From Gammaproteobacteria bacterium (GTDB taxonomy: Bacteria > Pseudomonadota > Gammaproteobacteria > Eutrophobiales > Eutrophobiaceae), in contig OZ250183.1 of assembly GCA_965238225.1 (NCBI GenBank), positions 1,440,001 through 1,504,000 of the forward strand: 64,000 bases of DNA, read 5' to 3'. Below are positions 50,226-60,319 of this stretch, piece by piece. Each line of letters starts with the position of its first letter. Position 1 is the stretch's first letter. The notes under the pieces were generated by a model. That model saw only the letters and a program-made list of their open reading frames with translations. It did no database searches and was not told the origin of the DNA. A program made the position numbers and the translations under genes.

Positions 50226-51401
50226 GTGATACAGGCAAGAGATTTTATTGAGGCAGCGCGTCGCTTGGGTTTTCAACGCTACGCAGGTGTCCCCTGCTCT
50301 TTCCTCACCCCTTTTATAAACTACGTTATCAATGATAAATCTTTAAATTATATTTCATCTGCAAACGAAGGTGATGCTATTGCTGCGGCTTGTGGTGCAA
50401 CAATAGGCGGGGAACGCTCTATTGCCATGATGCAGAATTCAGGACTGGGAAACGCTGTGAACCCCATTACCTCCTTGAGTTACATATTCCATATCCCCAT
50501 AATAATTATCACTACTCATCGTGGCGCACCAGGAATAATAGACGAGCCTCAGCATGAATTAATGGGACAAGTGACTGGCGAGATGTTCGATATCATGCGT
50601 ATCCCATGGGAAACATTTCCTGCAAAAAAAGAAAATATTGAAAAGGCATTAGGGCGTGCCTGCACATTCATGGAAAAAGAACAAAGACCTTATGGCTTCA
50701 TCATGCAAAAAAACACAGTTACTGCCCATGATCTCAAAAACAATCGTCTTCTAGAAACTAAAAAGACTGACAGTATAAAAAAGACATTTAATCAAAATGG
50801 TATGCCTCAACTTAGCAGGCAGGAGGTACTAAAAAAAGTTATTCAACATACAACCGTTGAAAATTCTATTGTTATTGCAACGACAGGATTTACAGGACGG
50901 GAATTATTTGCCATTGATGACCGCAAGAATCATATTTACATGGTCGGCTCCATGGGTTGCGCATCTTCGTTGGGGCTTGGCTTGGCTCTTGCGCGTCCTG
51001 ATTTACAGGTCGTAGTGGTCGAAGGTGACGGGGCAGCACTGATGCGTATGGGAAATTTCGCAACCTTAGGCAGTTATGGAGGCAAAAATCTCACCCATAT
51101 CGTTCTCGATAATGAAGCACATGATTCGACAGGCGCACAAGCCACAGTAACGAATAATGTGAAATTTGCGGATATAGCTTCTGCATGCGGCTATGCTATG
51201 AGTTACGAGGGCAATGATATAAAACTAATAGATGAATTATTTAATAATGAAGGGCATTCAGGTGCAAAATTTGCACACCTAAAAATTTCTGCAGGTACAA
51301 TTGTAAACTTGCCTCGTCCAAATCTCACGCCAGTTGAGGTCTTACAAAGACTGATGCAGCATATTGGCACAGATTTTAAAAGACAAAATACTCATGCCTG
51401 A
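50226..51401 (+). CDS. ppd: Phosphonopyruvate decarboxylase
   Basis: AGVPCSFL, ANEGDA, MQNSGLGN, DEPQH, MVGSMG, GDGAALM, HDSTGAQ. Confidence 0.93.
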   Translation: MIQARDFIEAARRLGFQRYAGVPCSFLTPFINYVINDKSLNYISSANEGDAIAAACGATIGGERSIAMMQNSGLGNAVNPITSLSYIFHIPIIIITTHRGAPGIIDEPQHELMGQVTGEMFDIMRIPWETFPAKKENIEKALGRACTFMEKEQRPYGFIMQKNTVTAHDLKNNRLLETKKTDSIKKTFNQNGMPQLSRQEVLKKVIQHTTVENSIVIATTGFTGRELFAIDDRKNHIYMVGSMGCASSLGLGLALARPDLQVVVVEGDGAALMRMGNFATLGSYGGKNLTHIVLDNEAHDSTGAQATVTNNVKFADIASACGYAMSYEGNDIKLIDELFNNEGHSGAKFAHLKISAGTIVNLPRPNLTPVEVLQRLMQHIGTDFKRQNTHA

Positions 51402-52473
51402 AATATTATTAAACCCAGGGCCAGTTATCCTCAGTGAACGTGTTCGCCGTGCTATGTTGCACCCTGATCTGTGTCATCGTGAGACAGAGTTTATTGCACT
51501 ACAAAATAGCATTCGTCACGATTTATTAAATGTCTATTCCCTGCATGATGATAAGTGGGCAGCGGTTCTAATGACCGGTTCAGGCACTGCTGCAATGGAG
51601 GCTATGATGACCAGTCTGGTTCCGAGTCATGGCAAGGTATTGATTATTGAAAATGGTATCTACGGAGAGCGCCTCGGCAAGATCGCAGAAATTTATCAGA
51701 TTAACCACATGACCTTATCCCATGCATGGGATGAAGCCATCGATTTAAACCTGCTCGAAAATAAATTGCGTTACCACGAAGAACTCAGCCACGTTGCTGT
51801 TGTCCACCACGAAACCACCACCGGCAGACTGAATAACCTAAAGGGTGTGGCGGAAGTCTGTGCTAAATATAATTTGCCTGTTTTATTGGATGGTGTCAGT
51901 AGTTTTGGTGCAGAAGATATTGCATTTGATGATTGGAACATCGCTGCTTGTGCTGGTACAGCTAATAAATGTTTGCATGCCGTGCCCGGTACCTCCTTTG
52001 TTATTTGCAATAGAAGTATATTCGATACAATGCAAGCAACGCCACCAAGGACGCTCTATCTTGATCTTTCCAGTTATTTAAAAAATCAGGACGCAAACAG
52101 CACACCTTTCACTCAATCGGTACAAACCTTCTACGCGCTTTCTGAGGCTCTGCAAGAACTCCAAGATCAAGGCGGCCAAAAAAAACGTAAACAAAACTAC
52201 TGGAGCAGGATCAATATTGTAAGAAAAGGTTTAGACAAATTGGGAATCGAAGCTTTGCTGAGAGCAGAAGATTGTTCTTGTGTTCTCAATGCCTTTAAGT
52301 TACCCACTGGTATTCAGTACCAATCATTACATGATGAGCTCAAAAAAAATGGGTTTGTAATTTATGCGGGTCAAGGCGAACTATCTAAAACACTTTTCAG
52401 AATTTCATGTATGGGTGAAATAATGCAACAAGATATGGAAAGATTTGTAACTGTGATGGGAAGCATTCTCTAA
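51394..52473 (+). CDS. 2-aminoethylphosphonate aminotransferase (AepZ/PhnW family)
   Basis: [45 protein letters not shown]; likely start ATG 51394. Confidence 0.9.
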   Translation: MPEILLNPGPVILSERVRRAMLHPDLCHRETEFIALQNSIRHDLLNVYSLHDDKWAAVLMTGSGTAAMEAMMTSLVPSHGKVLIIENGIYGERLGKIAEIYQINHMTLSHAWDEAIDLNLLENKLRYHEELSHVAVVHHETTTGRLNNLKGVAEVCAKYNLPVLLDGVSSFGAEDIAFDDWNIAACAGTANKCLHAVPGTSFVICNRSIFDTMQATPPRTLYLDLSSYLKNQDANSTPFTQSVQTFYALSEALQELQDQGGQKKRKQNYWSRINIVRKGLDKLGIEALLRAEDCSCVLNAFKLPTGIQYQSLHDELKKNGFVIYAGQGELSKTLFRISCMGEIMQQDMERFVTVMGSIL

Positions 52474-54380
52474 ACGCTTTTAATCTTGGTGTATGGTTTT
52501 TGCTCACTCAGGTCTTGCTCTCCTAGATAATGCTGGATAAATTCCATTAACCCTTCTTCATTCATACCAACATCATTCAGCATATCATCTCTGGAGCCAT
52601 GCTGAATTAATCTATCTGGCAGACCATAATTTACAATTGTTTGCGCGATTCCATTTTTAAGCAACACTTGATTCACTGCCTCACCTGCACCACCTTGCAC
52701 TACATTTTCTTCCACTGTAACAATAAGGTCATGAGTTGCAGCCATATTCAGGATCATCTCTTCATCAATCGGTTTAACAAAACGCATATTGACGACGCTT
52801 GCGCCAAGTTTATCGCCGACAGCTTGTGCAATATCCAGCACCACCCCAAAGACGAGGATTGCAATCTGCTGACCTTGGGTTCGCATTTCAGCCTTACCAA
52901 TAGGCAGTGCTGTCATTTCTTTTTCGACCGCAACACCTGAACCACCACCTCTGGGATAACGTACTGAGGCTGGACCATCAATCTGAATACCAGTGTAGAG
53001 CATTTGCCGACATTCATTTTCGTCGGCAGGTGTCATAATCACCATGTTCGGCAAACAACGCATAAATGAAATATCGTAGCAACCATTATGAGTCATGCCA
53101 TCAGCACCGACACAACCAGCACGATCAATGGCGAATAATACAGGCAGATTTTGCACGACTACATCATGAATCAATTGATCATAGGCGCGTTGTAAGAATG
53201 TAGAATAAATTGCAACCACAGGTTTTAAGCCATGACAAGCCATGCCTGCAGCAAGGGTAACACTATGCTGTTCCGCAATACCGACATCAAAATAACGACT
53301 GGGAAATTTTTGCTCATACTCAATCAAGCCTGAGCCTTCCCGCATAGCCGGTGTGATTGCAACCACACGTTTGTCCATTTCGCTGATATCGCAAATCCAG
53401 TTGCCAAATATTTTACTGTAGGTGGGTGTAGATGGTTTTCCAGATGGCACAATACCTTGCGCAGGGTCAAATGCTGTCACGCCATGATATTTAATCGGCT
53501 CTGCCTCTGCTAAGGCATAGCCTTTGCCTTTCTTGGTAATAACATGAAGAAATTGCGCCCCCTTTAAATTACGAACATTCTTCAAGGTTGCAATCAGCGC
53601 AGGCAGATCATGCCCATCAATTGGACCAATATAATTGAAGCCAAATTCCTCAAACAAAATACCTGGAGTCAATAATCCCTTCACATGCTCTTCTGCGTAA
53701 CGCGCAATATCCAATGCATTAGGTACTTTAGACAGAACTTTCTTACTTCCATCTTTAACTGTTCTGTATAATTTCCCTGAAAGTATCTGGGCAAATCGAT
53801 TGGATAGCGCACCCACGTTTGGTGAAATTGCCATATTATTGTCATTTAGAATCACCAGTAGATTAGCGCCCACATCCCCTGCATTATTCAATGCCTCGAA
53901 GGCCATGCCAGCTGTCAGACCACCATCACCGATGATGGCTACTGATTTTCTTTGACTGCCTGTTTGCTTAGCAGCAATTGCCATGCCCAGTGCTGCACTT
54001 ATTGAGGTGCTCGAATGACCAACACCAAAGGCATCATATTCACTCTCTGAACGCTTAGGAAAAGGCGATAAACCTCCCCATCGACGAATGGTGTGCATCT
54101 GATCTTTTCGACCCGTTAGTATTTTATGGGGATATGCCTGATGGCCGACATCCCACACTAAATTATCATGAGGGGTATCATAGAGATAGTGAAGCGCAAT
54201 GGTGAGTTCAACTGCGCCCAATCCAGCGGCAAAATGACCACCGCTTTGACTAACAGAATGAAGCAAGAACTCCCTGAGCTCTTTTGCCAATGTTTCTAGA
54301 TCTGATTCTGGCAACCTACGCAAGTCAGTGGGGCTATTGATATTAGCCAGTAAAGATCTACTTACTGTCATGACTGACAC
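52470..54380 (-). CDS. dxs: 1-deoxy-D-xylulose-5-phosphate synthase
   Basis: [49 protein letters not shown]. Confidence 0.96.
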   Translation of the reverse strand: MSVMTVSRSLLANINSPTDLRRLPESDLETLAKELREFLLHSVSQSGGHFAAGLGAVELTIALHYLYDTPHDNLVWDVGHQAYPHKILTGRKDQMHTIRRWGGLSPFPKRSESEYDAFGVGHSSTSISAALGMAIAAKQTGSQRKSVAIIGDGGLTAGMAFEALNNAGDVGANLLVILNDNNMAISPNVGALSNRFAQILSGKLYRTVKDGSKKVLSKVPNALDIARYAEEHVKGLLTPGILFEEFGFNYIGPIDGHDLPALIATLKNVRNLKGAQFLHVITKKGKGYALAEAEPIKYHGVTAFDPAQGIVPSGKPSTPTYSKIFGNWICDISEMDKRVVAITPAMREGSGLIEYEQKFPSRYFDVGIAEQHSVTLAAGMACHGLKPVVAIYSTFLQRAYDQLIHDVVVQNLPVLFAIDRAGCVGADGMTHNGCYDISFMRCLPNMVIMTPADENECRQMLYTGIQIDGPASVRYPRGGGSGVAVEKEMTALPIGKAEMRTQGQQIAILVFGVVLDIAQAVGDKLGASVVNMRFVKPIDEEMILNMAATHDLIVTVEENVVQGGAGEAVNQVLLKNGIAQTIVNYGLPDRLIQHGSRDDMLNDVGMNEEGLMEFIQHYLGEQDLSEQKPYTKIKSV

Positions 54381-54616
54381 TTGCCTTGTTTCTCGATTAC
54401 CATTTGAACCCGCCTAAACTTATCGAAAACTTCTAAACTCATTGCAAACTTATATTCAGGAAAGTCTTGCATTATGTAGCTGCCTCATTTACCTTGCAAG
54501 GACATTCATATTTTGGGCAATAAATAGCACACCAAGACTTAAAGCTTTTAGTTTTATAAGTAATTTAGAAGAGTAATGAAGAATTTTCATTTACCGCACA
54601 ATAGCTGGAGCCAAAC

Positions 54617-55750
54617 ATGGCCGTTCCCTTGATACAACAGTATCGAATTGCAAAATACATTATTGGACAGAAACTGCGTCGCGTAGAGCAATATCCGTTG
54701 GTACTCATGCTTGAACCGCTGTTTCGGTGCAATCTCGCCTGTGCTGGATGTGGTAAAATCGACTATCCGGAAGAAATATTAGACAAGCGTCTAAGCTATG
54801 ATGAGTGCATGGGAGCCATTGATGAGTGTGGTGCCCCAATGGTCTCCATTGCTGGCGGCGAGCCACTCATTCACAAGGAAATGGATGAGATTGTTCGGGG
54901 TTTTATTGACAAAAAGAAGTTTGTATATTTATGCACCAATGCCCTGCTCCTAGAAAAACGCATGGTAGATTATTCTCCATCGCCCTATCTGACCTTCTCA
55001 ATCCATTTAGATGGCAATGAGATGCGGCATGACAACTCAGTTTGTCGTGAGGGGGTATTTAAAAAATGTGTTGAGGTCATTAAGAAGGCGCGCGCTAAAG
55101 GTTTTCGTGTGACCATTAATTGCACTCTGTTTCAGGGAGAAACCGCCGACGAAATTGCAGAATTCATGGATATGGCAATGGCTCTGGGCGTTGAAGGCGT
55201 TACGATTTCTCCAGGGTACAGTTACCAACATGCGCCAAATCAAGAATCCTTCCTGAAAAATCATGAAAGCAAACAGCTGTTCCGTGATTTATTCAAGCTG
55301 GGGAAAGGTCTGAAATGGCGTTTTAATCAGTCCTCCCTTTATCTCGATTTCCTTGCAGGCAACCAAAGTTATCAGTGTACCCCTTGGGGCAACCCGACAC
55401 GAAATGTCTTTGGTTGGCAAAAAGCCTGTTATTTGCTGGTCGATGAAGGCTACACCACGTCATTTAAAACGATGTTGGAAGAGACTGAATGGAATAATTA
55501 TGGCAAGGGACGTAACATCAAATGTGCTAACTGCATGGTTCATTGTGGCTTTGAGGCATCAGCGATTGATGATACCTTCAAACATCCATTGAAAGCATTG
55601 AAAGTTGCGATTAAAGGGCCTAGAACTGAAGGACTCATGGCACCAGAACTCCCTATTATGTATGAGGATACCCCTGAGCCTGTCGCTGAACATATCATTC
55701 ACCAGCAACCGACGGCTAGCTGTAGTTCCCAGAAAGAAGTGGCTTTATAA
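54617..55750 (+). CDS. hpnH: Adenosylhopane synthase radical SAM protein HpnH
   Basis: YPLVLMLEPLFRCNLACAGCGKI, SIAGGEPL, CTPWGNPTRNVFGWQ, CANCMVHCGFE. Confidence 0.92.
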   Translation: MAVPLIQQYRIAKYIIGQKLRRVEQYPLVLMLEPLFRCNLACAGCGKIDYPEEILDKRLSYDECMGAIDECGAPMVSIAGGEPLIHKEMDEIVRGFIDKKKFVYLCTNALLLEKRMVDYSPSPYLTFSIHLDGNEMRHDNSVCREGVFKKCVEVIKKARAKGFRVTINCTLFQGETADEIAEFMDMAMALGVEGVTISPGYSYQHAPNQESFLKNHESKQLFRDLFKLGKGLKWRFNQSSLYLDFLAGNQSYQCTPWGNPTRNVFGWQKACYLLVDEGYTTSFKTMLEETEWNNYGKGRNIKCANCMVHCGFEASAIDDTFKHPLKALKVAIKGPRTEGLMAPELPIMYEDTPEPVAEHIIHQQPTASCSSQKEVAL

Positions 55751-55777
55751 GTCCGCCGCCTTGTAACCAAATGAATA

Positions 55778-56040
55778 ATGGAATATAGCCTGCTGGCTTT
55801 GCTTGGTCTGGTGATAGGGAGTCTGATTTTGTGCTTGCCATAGCGGTCTTGGAGTGTGTTTAAGAATCTTTAGGCGCTATTTCCAGATGCTATTTCTGAT
55901 AAATCTCACAAACCCGACCTTAACTGCGCTAAACGTACTTAATCCCAGCCAAAAATGAGGCAGAAGCTATCTCTGCAACACCTACATCTTTAAAAAGGCT
56001 CAGGATTTTTATGAAAAAAACGTCAATATTATTGAACCAT
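55778..56040 (+). pseudogene. Remnant of a hopanoid-associated GT2 glycosyltransferase (HpnB-like)
   Basis: Across frames: MEYSLLALLGLVIGSLILCLP*RSW...NVL/IPAKNEAEAISAT.TSL/AQD; multiple stops and frameshifts. Confidence 0.55.
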
Positions 56041-56131
56041 ATACAAATAGAGCTTACAGACCAACGTATACTCCGATCAATACAGCAATATATGCTAAAA
56101 ACTACTGGAAAATTATAGATTGTAGGGCGGC

Positions 56132-56848
56132 TTGAGTATAAACACTATCAACATAAATACTAACGAGAATAATCTTATGGTTTCATGCATAAACACGAGA
56201 AGATTTTTGTATTTTTCTGTTTCATTTCTACAATTTTTCATAATGAGTGTATTACTTGCATTCAGCCAGCCTACACTGTCTGAAGAAGAGACAGGCGATT
56301 CATATGCAGGTGCTCTCAGGGTCGTGCAAGAATTACATACGGTTCTGCTGAAGGTGATGCAGGCGGGAAATTCCATGGAATTTTCCGAGCGTTATTTGAT
56401 ACTGGAACCTACTGTTACAGAAAGCTTTGATACACCTGCGATTGCCAAAGTCATTTTAAGCCGATACTGGAAAAACCTAACCCCTCAACAGCAAGAAGGT
56501 TTTGTCTCTCTTTTTAATCAGCAAACCATTGCCACATACGCATCTAGATTTAACAGTTTTGATAATGATGTATTCAAAATAATTACTACTAAAAAACTAA
56601 AAAAAGATCGAATTTTAGTACGAACTGAAATTCAGAGTAACAGTGAGAGCTCGATTAAACTGGATTATCTGATGCATAAAAATAACAAGCAATGGTTCAT
56701 TATTAGCGTCATCGCTGATGGTGTGAATGATCTTTCGCTCAAACGCGCTGAGTATTCGACGATCATTAAAAACAATGGCTATGAAAAACTTGTTAAAGAT
56801 ATTGAAAAAAAGATTGCAAATATAATGGAAAGAGTAGAGATAGAGTAA
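56132..56848 (+). CDS. MlaC/Ttg2D family lipid-binding protein (HpnM-like)
   Basis: ERY..LEP.V..SFD...IAKVILSRYW, IATYASRF, LDYLM, IISVIADGVNDLSLKRAEY; true start probably further downstream. Confidence 0.8.
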   Translation: MSINTININTNENNLMVSCINTRRFLYFSVSFLQFFIMSVLLAFSQPTLSEEETGDSYAGALRVVQELHTVLLKVMQAGNSMEFSERYLILEPTVTESFDTPAIAKVILSRYWKNLTPQQQEGFVSLFNQQTIATYASRFNSFDNDVFKIITTKKLKKDRILVRTEIQSNSESSIKLDYLMHKNNKQWFIISVIADGVNDLSLKRAEYSTIIKNNGYEKLVKDIEKKIANIMERVEIE

Positions 56849-57013
56849 TGCGTATGCGCATATTATATGCTAAGGTTTGAATGCCAGAATCGCCTCACAG
56901 AATAGGACAGATTAGTCAATAATAATGAGCAGAAGAATTGATCAGAATAATGACAATCGTAGATGTAAGAATAAACGGAATTTAAAGTTAAATCACAGAA
57001 GCATGGGGCGTTA

Positions 57014-57796
57014 ATGAATAGATTAATGAAAATCAAAACATTGCCGATAATCATTACGCTGATATTGATTAATATAACATCTGGCTGCACATCTACTCAA
57101 ATAAAAGATGATAACTCCAACAATGATACGCTTGAGCCTATTAATAGAGTTGCATTTGATTTTAATGAAGTCCTTGATCAATCCATAATGAAGCCAGTTG
57201 CGGAGTCCTATGCAAAACATACCCCAACAATTTACAGGTCAGGTATTACAAACTTCTTTGATAATCTGAGCTATTTTAATGTTATTTTAAATTCTTTTCT
57301 GCAAGGTAAATTCGCGCAATGTTTGTCTGATGCAGCGCGATTTATTATCAACTCTACGATTGGGATAGGAGGCTTGAACGATATAGCAACAACCATGGGG
57401 CTAGAAAAGCATAATGAAGATTTCGGGCAAACACTGGCTATATGGGGCGTAAGTCAAGGTTCATATCTCTACATTCCATTACAAGGCCCAAATACGATTC
57501 GTAATGTCCCAGATATTGCGACCAGCACATTTTCGAATCCACTCACCTACATTGCCAGTGCAATACTGCTGCCGATTTCAGCATTGAACATCGTCAATAC
57601 TAGAGCAAATTTATTGGACGCAACCCATATCCGCGATGAATCTGCTATTGAACCTTACATTTTCACACGTGAAGCCTACCTCCAGCAGCGTGAATACGTA
57701 ATATATAATGGCAATCCTCCCGTAGAAAGTTACGACGATATCTTTGATGATATTGAAGATGATGCATCCGATGGTGGTTTTTTACGTCTTGAATAA
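57014..57796 (+). CDS. mlaA: MlaA/VacJ family lipoprotein
   Basis: Lipobox TSGC, LEPINRVAFDFN, RFIINSTIGIGGL, EDFGQTL, YIPLQGP. Confidence 0.88.
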   Translation: MNRLMKIKTLPIIITLILINITSGCTSTQIKDDNSNNDTLEPINRVAFDFNEVLDQSIMKPVAESYAKHTPTIYRSGITNFFDNLSYFNVILNSFLQGKFAQCLSDAARFIINSTIGIGGLNDIATTMGLEKHNEDFGQTLAIWGVSQGSYLYIPLQGPNTIRNVPDIATSTFSNPLTYIASAILLPISALNIVNTRANLLDATHIRDESAIEPYIFTREAYLQQREYVIYNGNPPVESYDDIFDDIEDDASDGGFLRLE

Positions 57797-57928
57797 AGAC
57801 TTCATCTGCGCATAAACTAAGGTCATGTTGCGACTTAAAACAAATAGTAGCATTTATTCCCAATCCATTTCTCTGGTTCCTTAGCTCCGTGAAATCCAGA
57901 ATTTGTATCTTTAATATCTGGTAAAAAA

Positions 57929-57964
57929 TTGAATATTCTTGTCAAATCTACTAAAATCCCGCGC
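57929..57964 (+). promoter_or_regulatory. rpsF operon sigma70 promoter with GC-rich discriminator
   Basis: TTGAAT-N17-TAAAAT followed by CCCGCGC. Confidence 0.7.
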
Positions 57965-57970
57965 TCTTTA

Positions 57971-58050
57971 ACTCTTGCTCCACTGTGAAATAGTGATATT
58001 TGCCATCACAATTAATGGTCAGGGGGCTGCAAAAACCACGAGGGTTGCAA
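57971..58050 (+). promoter_or_regulatory. S6:S18 autoregulatory leader
   Basis: CTCTTGCTCC...GGGGGCTG...CCACGAGGG stem with a CC-containing internal loop overlapping the RBS, as in rpsF leaders. Confidence 0.6.
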
Positions 58051-58053
58051 AAA

Positions 58054-58407
58054 ATGCGACATTATGAAGTTGTATTCATGGTTCATCCGGATCAAAGTGA
58101 GCAGGTGCCTGCTATGATCGAACGATATCGAGCTATGATTGAATCGAGCAGTGGAACCATTCACCGTCTCGAAGACTGGGGGCGTCGTCTTCTAGCCTAC
58201 CCAATTAATAAAATTCACAAGGCACATTACGTGTTAATGAATATTGAGTGTGGTACCGAGCCACTAGCAGAGCTAGACAGTGCATTTAAATTTAACGATG
58301 CTGTGATAAGAAACCTCATTATCAAGCGTAATAATCCTGTGACTGAGGTCTCATTGTTAGCAAAAATGAAGGTAGAAGAAAAGACTTCGGATGAAAAAAA
58401 TAGATAA
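58054..58407 (+). CDS. rpsF: 30S ribosomal protein S6 (acidic tail to about 58517 probably frameshifted)
   Basis: [25 protein letters not shown]...[19 protein letters not shown]. Confidence 0.96.
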   Translation: MRHYEVVFMVHPDQSEQVPAMIERYRAMIESSSGTIHRLEDWGRRLLAYPINKIHKAHYVLMNIECGTEPLAELDSAFKFNDAVIRNLIIKRNNPVTEVSLLAKMKVEEKTSDEKNR

Positions 58408-58534
58408 GCAAGCTGCCGCTACCGCAGAAAGCGAAAAGATTACTGAAACTTCTTGTTGCAACGACAACAGAAGAAGTGGCTGAAACAGCCAAGAATACCT
58501 CCGCAGAAACCACGTAGAATAGAGGGTTAATAAA

Positions 58535-58759
58535 ATGTCGCGTTATTTTCGTCGTAAACGTTATTGCAAATTTACAGCCGAGGGTGTCAAAGAAATTGAT
58601 TACAAGGATGTGAACACACTAAAGAATTACCTGACTGAGACAGGTAAGATTGTCCCAAGTAGAATTTCCGGTACCAAAGCGCGTTACCAAAGACAGCTTG
58701 TGACAGCAATCAAGCGTGCGCGTATCTTGGCATTGTTGCCTTACTGTGATTCGCATTAA
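58535..58759 (+). CDS. rpsR: 30S ribosomal protein S18
   Basis: [11 protein letters not shown]...IDYKD...[11 protein letters not shown]. Confidence 0.97.
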   Translation: MSRYFRRKRYCKFTAEGVKEIDYKDVNTLKNYLTETGKIVPSRISGTKARYQRQLVTAIKRARILALLPYCDSH

Positions 58760-58829
58760 CAATGCTATAAATGTTTCATTCTAGTATCTGATGAATTTTT
58801 CTTCAGATACATATCAAGCGGGTTAAACT

Positions 58830-59741
58830 ATGCGTGCACTTGGCAATTATATGTTGCTTGGGCGTTTACAAGCAGTGATTGTCATTAGCCTATCTACAAT
58901 AGCTGCAATGTTTGTTCCACCTTTTTCGTTTTTGTTAAGCGGTGTCCCGGCAGGCTTAATTATCTTGAGAAAAAGGTCTGTATATGCAATACAGATACTA
59001 CTTATTTGTTTGTTTGTTGTAGTGCTGCTTGCTGCTTTGGCTGGCGTGAATCCTCAAACAGGATTTGTATTTGCCCTCGGGGTTTGGGTGCCTGTGTATC
59101 TTTGTTGTAGTGTCTTGAGACAAACACAATCACAAGGGTGGGTGGTTTTGGTAGCAGGGGTGGTAGCCGCCGCTTATATAATGATGTTGCACTGGCTGGT
59201 TGCCGATGTTCCGGCATGGTGGCAGAAGTGGATAGAATTATGGGTCAATACAATGCCTGAGGATAGTGGCGAACAATATCTGAATGTTCTGGTGCAAGTA
59301 GCGCCCATAATGAATGCCGTTATAGCGAGCACTATCACTATTGGCTTGATTACCATAACATTGCTATCACGATGGTGGCAGTCACTACTTTTTAACCCAG
59401 GTGGTTTCAGGATAGAGTTCTATGCGCTAAGATTGCCAAGTGAAGTTATTTTCCTGCTCTTAGCAGGAATAATTTCGCTCTATATAAGCGGCTGGCAACG
59501 GGGTTCGGCAGGCTTAGATATACTGACCGTTGTAATTTTTATGTATTTATTGCAGGGGCTGGCAGCAGTGCACAGGATTGTAAATACAAAAAAAATACCC
59601 AAAATCTGTCTGTTTGTGATGTATTTTTTACTGATTTTTATGCCACATGCAATCCTACTGGTCGCTTGTCTGGGACTGGTTGATTGGTGGATAAATCAAC
59701 AACCAAAAAGTAGCAATGATAACAATCAGAATTCGTCGTGA
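58830..59741 (+). CDS. DUF2232/YybS-like membrane protein
   Basis: Multi-TM, RWWQSLLFNPGGFR.EF..LRL, QGLA..H; usual slot between rpsR and rplI. Confidence 0.8.
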   Translation: MRALGNYMLLGRLQAVIVISLSTIAAMFVPPFSFLLSGVPAGLIILRKRSVYAIQILLICLFVVVLLAALAGVNPQTGFVFALGVWVPVYLCCSVLRQTQSQGWVVLVAGVVAAAYIMMLHWLVADVPAWWQKWIELWVNTMPEDSGEQYLNVLVQVAPIMNAVIASTITIGLITITLLSRWWQSLLFNPGGFRIEFYALRLPSEVIFLLLAGIISLYISGWQRGSAGLDILTVVIFMYLLQGLAAVHRIVNTKKIPKICLFVMYFLLIFMPHAILLVACLGLVDWWINQQPKSSNDNNQNSS

Positions 59742-59781
59742 ATTATGATAAGGTGTGTCTTAAGTGAATGAGAAAAATTAG

Positions 59782-60246
59782 ATGGAAATTATACTGCTGG
59801 AAAAAATTAACAAGCTGGGCAGTTTAGGGGATAAGGTCAATGTCAAGGCAGGTTATGGTCGTAATTATCTAATCCCAGCAGGCAAAGCGGTCTCTGCAAC
59901 TGAAGAAAATGTGGAAAAATTTGAAGCCCGTCGCGGTGAGCTTGAAAAAGCTCAGGAAGGCTTATTGAGTGCAGCAAAAGCCCGTGCAGAAGCACTGGAT
60001 GGAATAGAAATTACACTAGAAAGAATGGCTGGTGAAGAAGGAAAATTGTTTGGTTCTGTAAGCAATACAGATATCGCAGAAACCGTTACAGCAACAGGCA
60101 CTAAACTGGCTAAAAATGAAGTTCGTCTACCTGAAGGGCCGCTAAGAGCACTAGGTGAATTTGAAGTTGCAGCACATATACATACAGAAATTGATGTCAT
60201 AATTAAAGTAATTGTAGTTGCTAAAAAAATTAATATTTCCAATTAA
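59782..60246 (+). CDS. rplI: 50S ribosomal protein L9
   Basis: LGSLGDKVNVKAGYGRNYLIP, GKLFGSV. Confidence 0.97.
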   Translation: MEIILLEKINKLGSLGDKVNVKAGYGRNYLIPAGKAVSATEENVEKFEARRGELEKAQEGLLSAAKARAEALDGIEITLERMAGEEGKLFGSVSNTDIAETVTATGTKLAKNEVRLPEGPLRALGEFEVAAHIHTEIDVIIKVIVVAKKINISN

Positions 60247-60319
60247 TACCTCCTATTTAGGCGGTTTAAGCAGGAACATCAAATGATTATCAATCACAAG
60301 CTCACTTCAGGAGGAGTGA

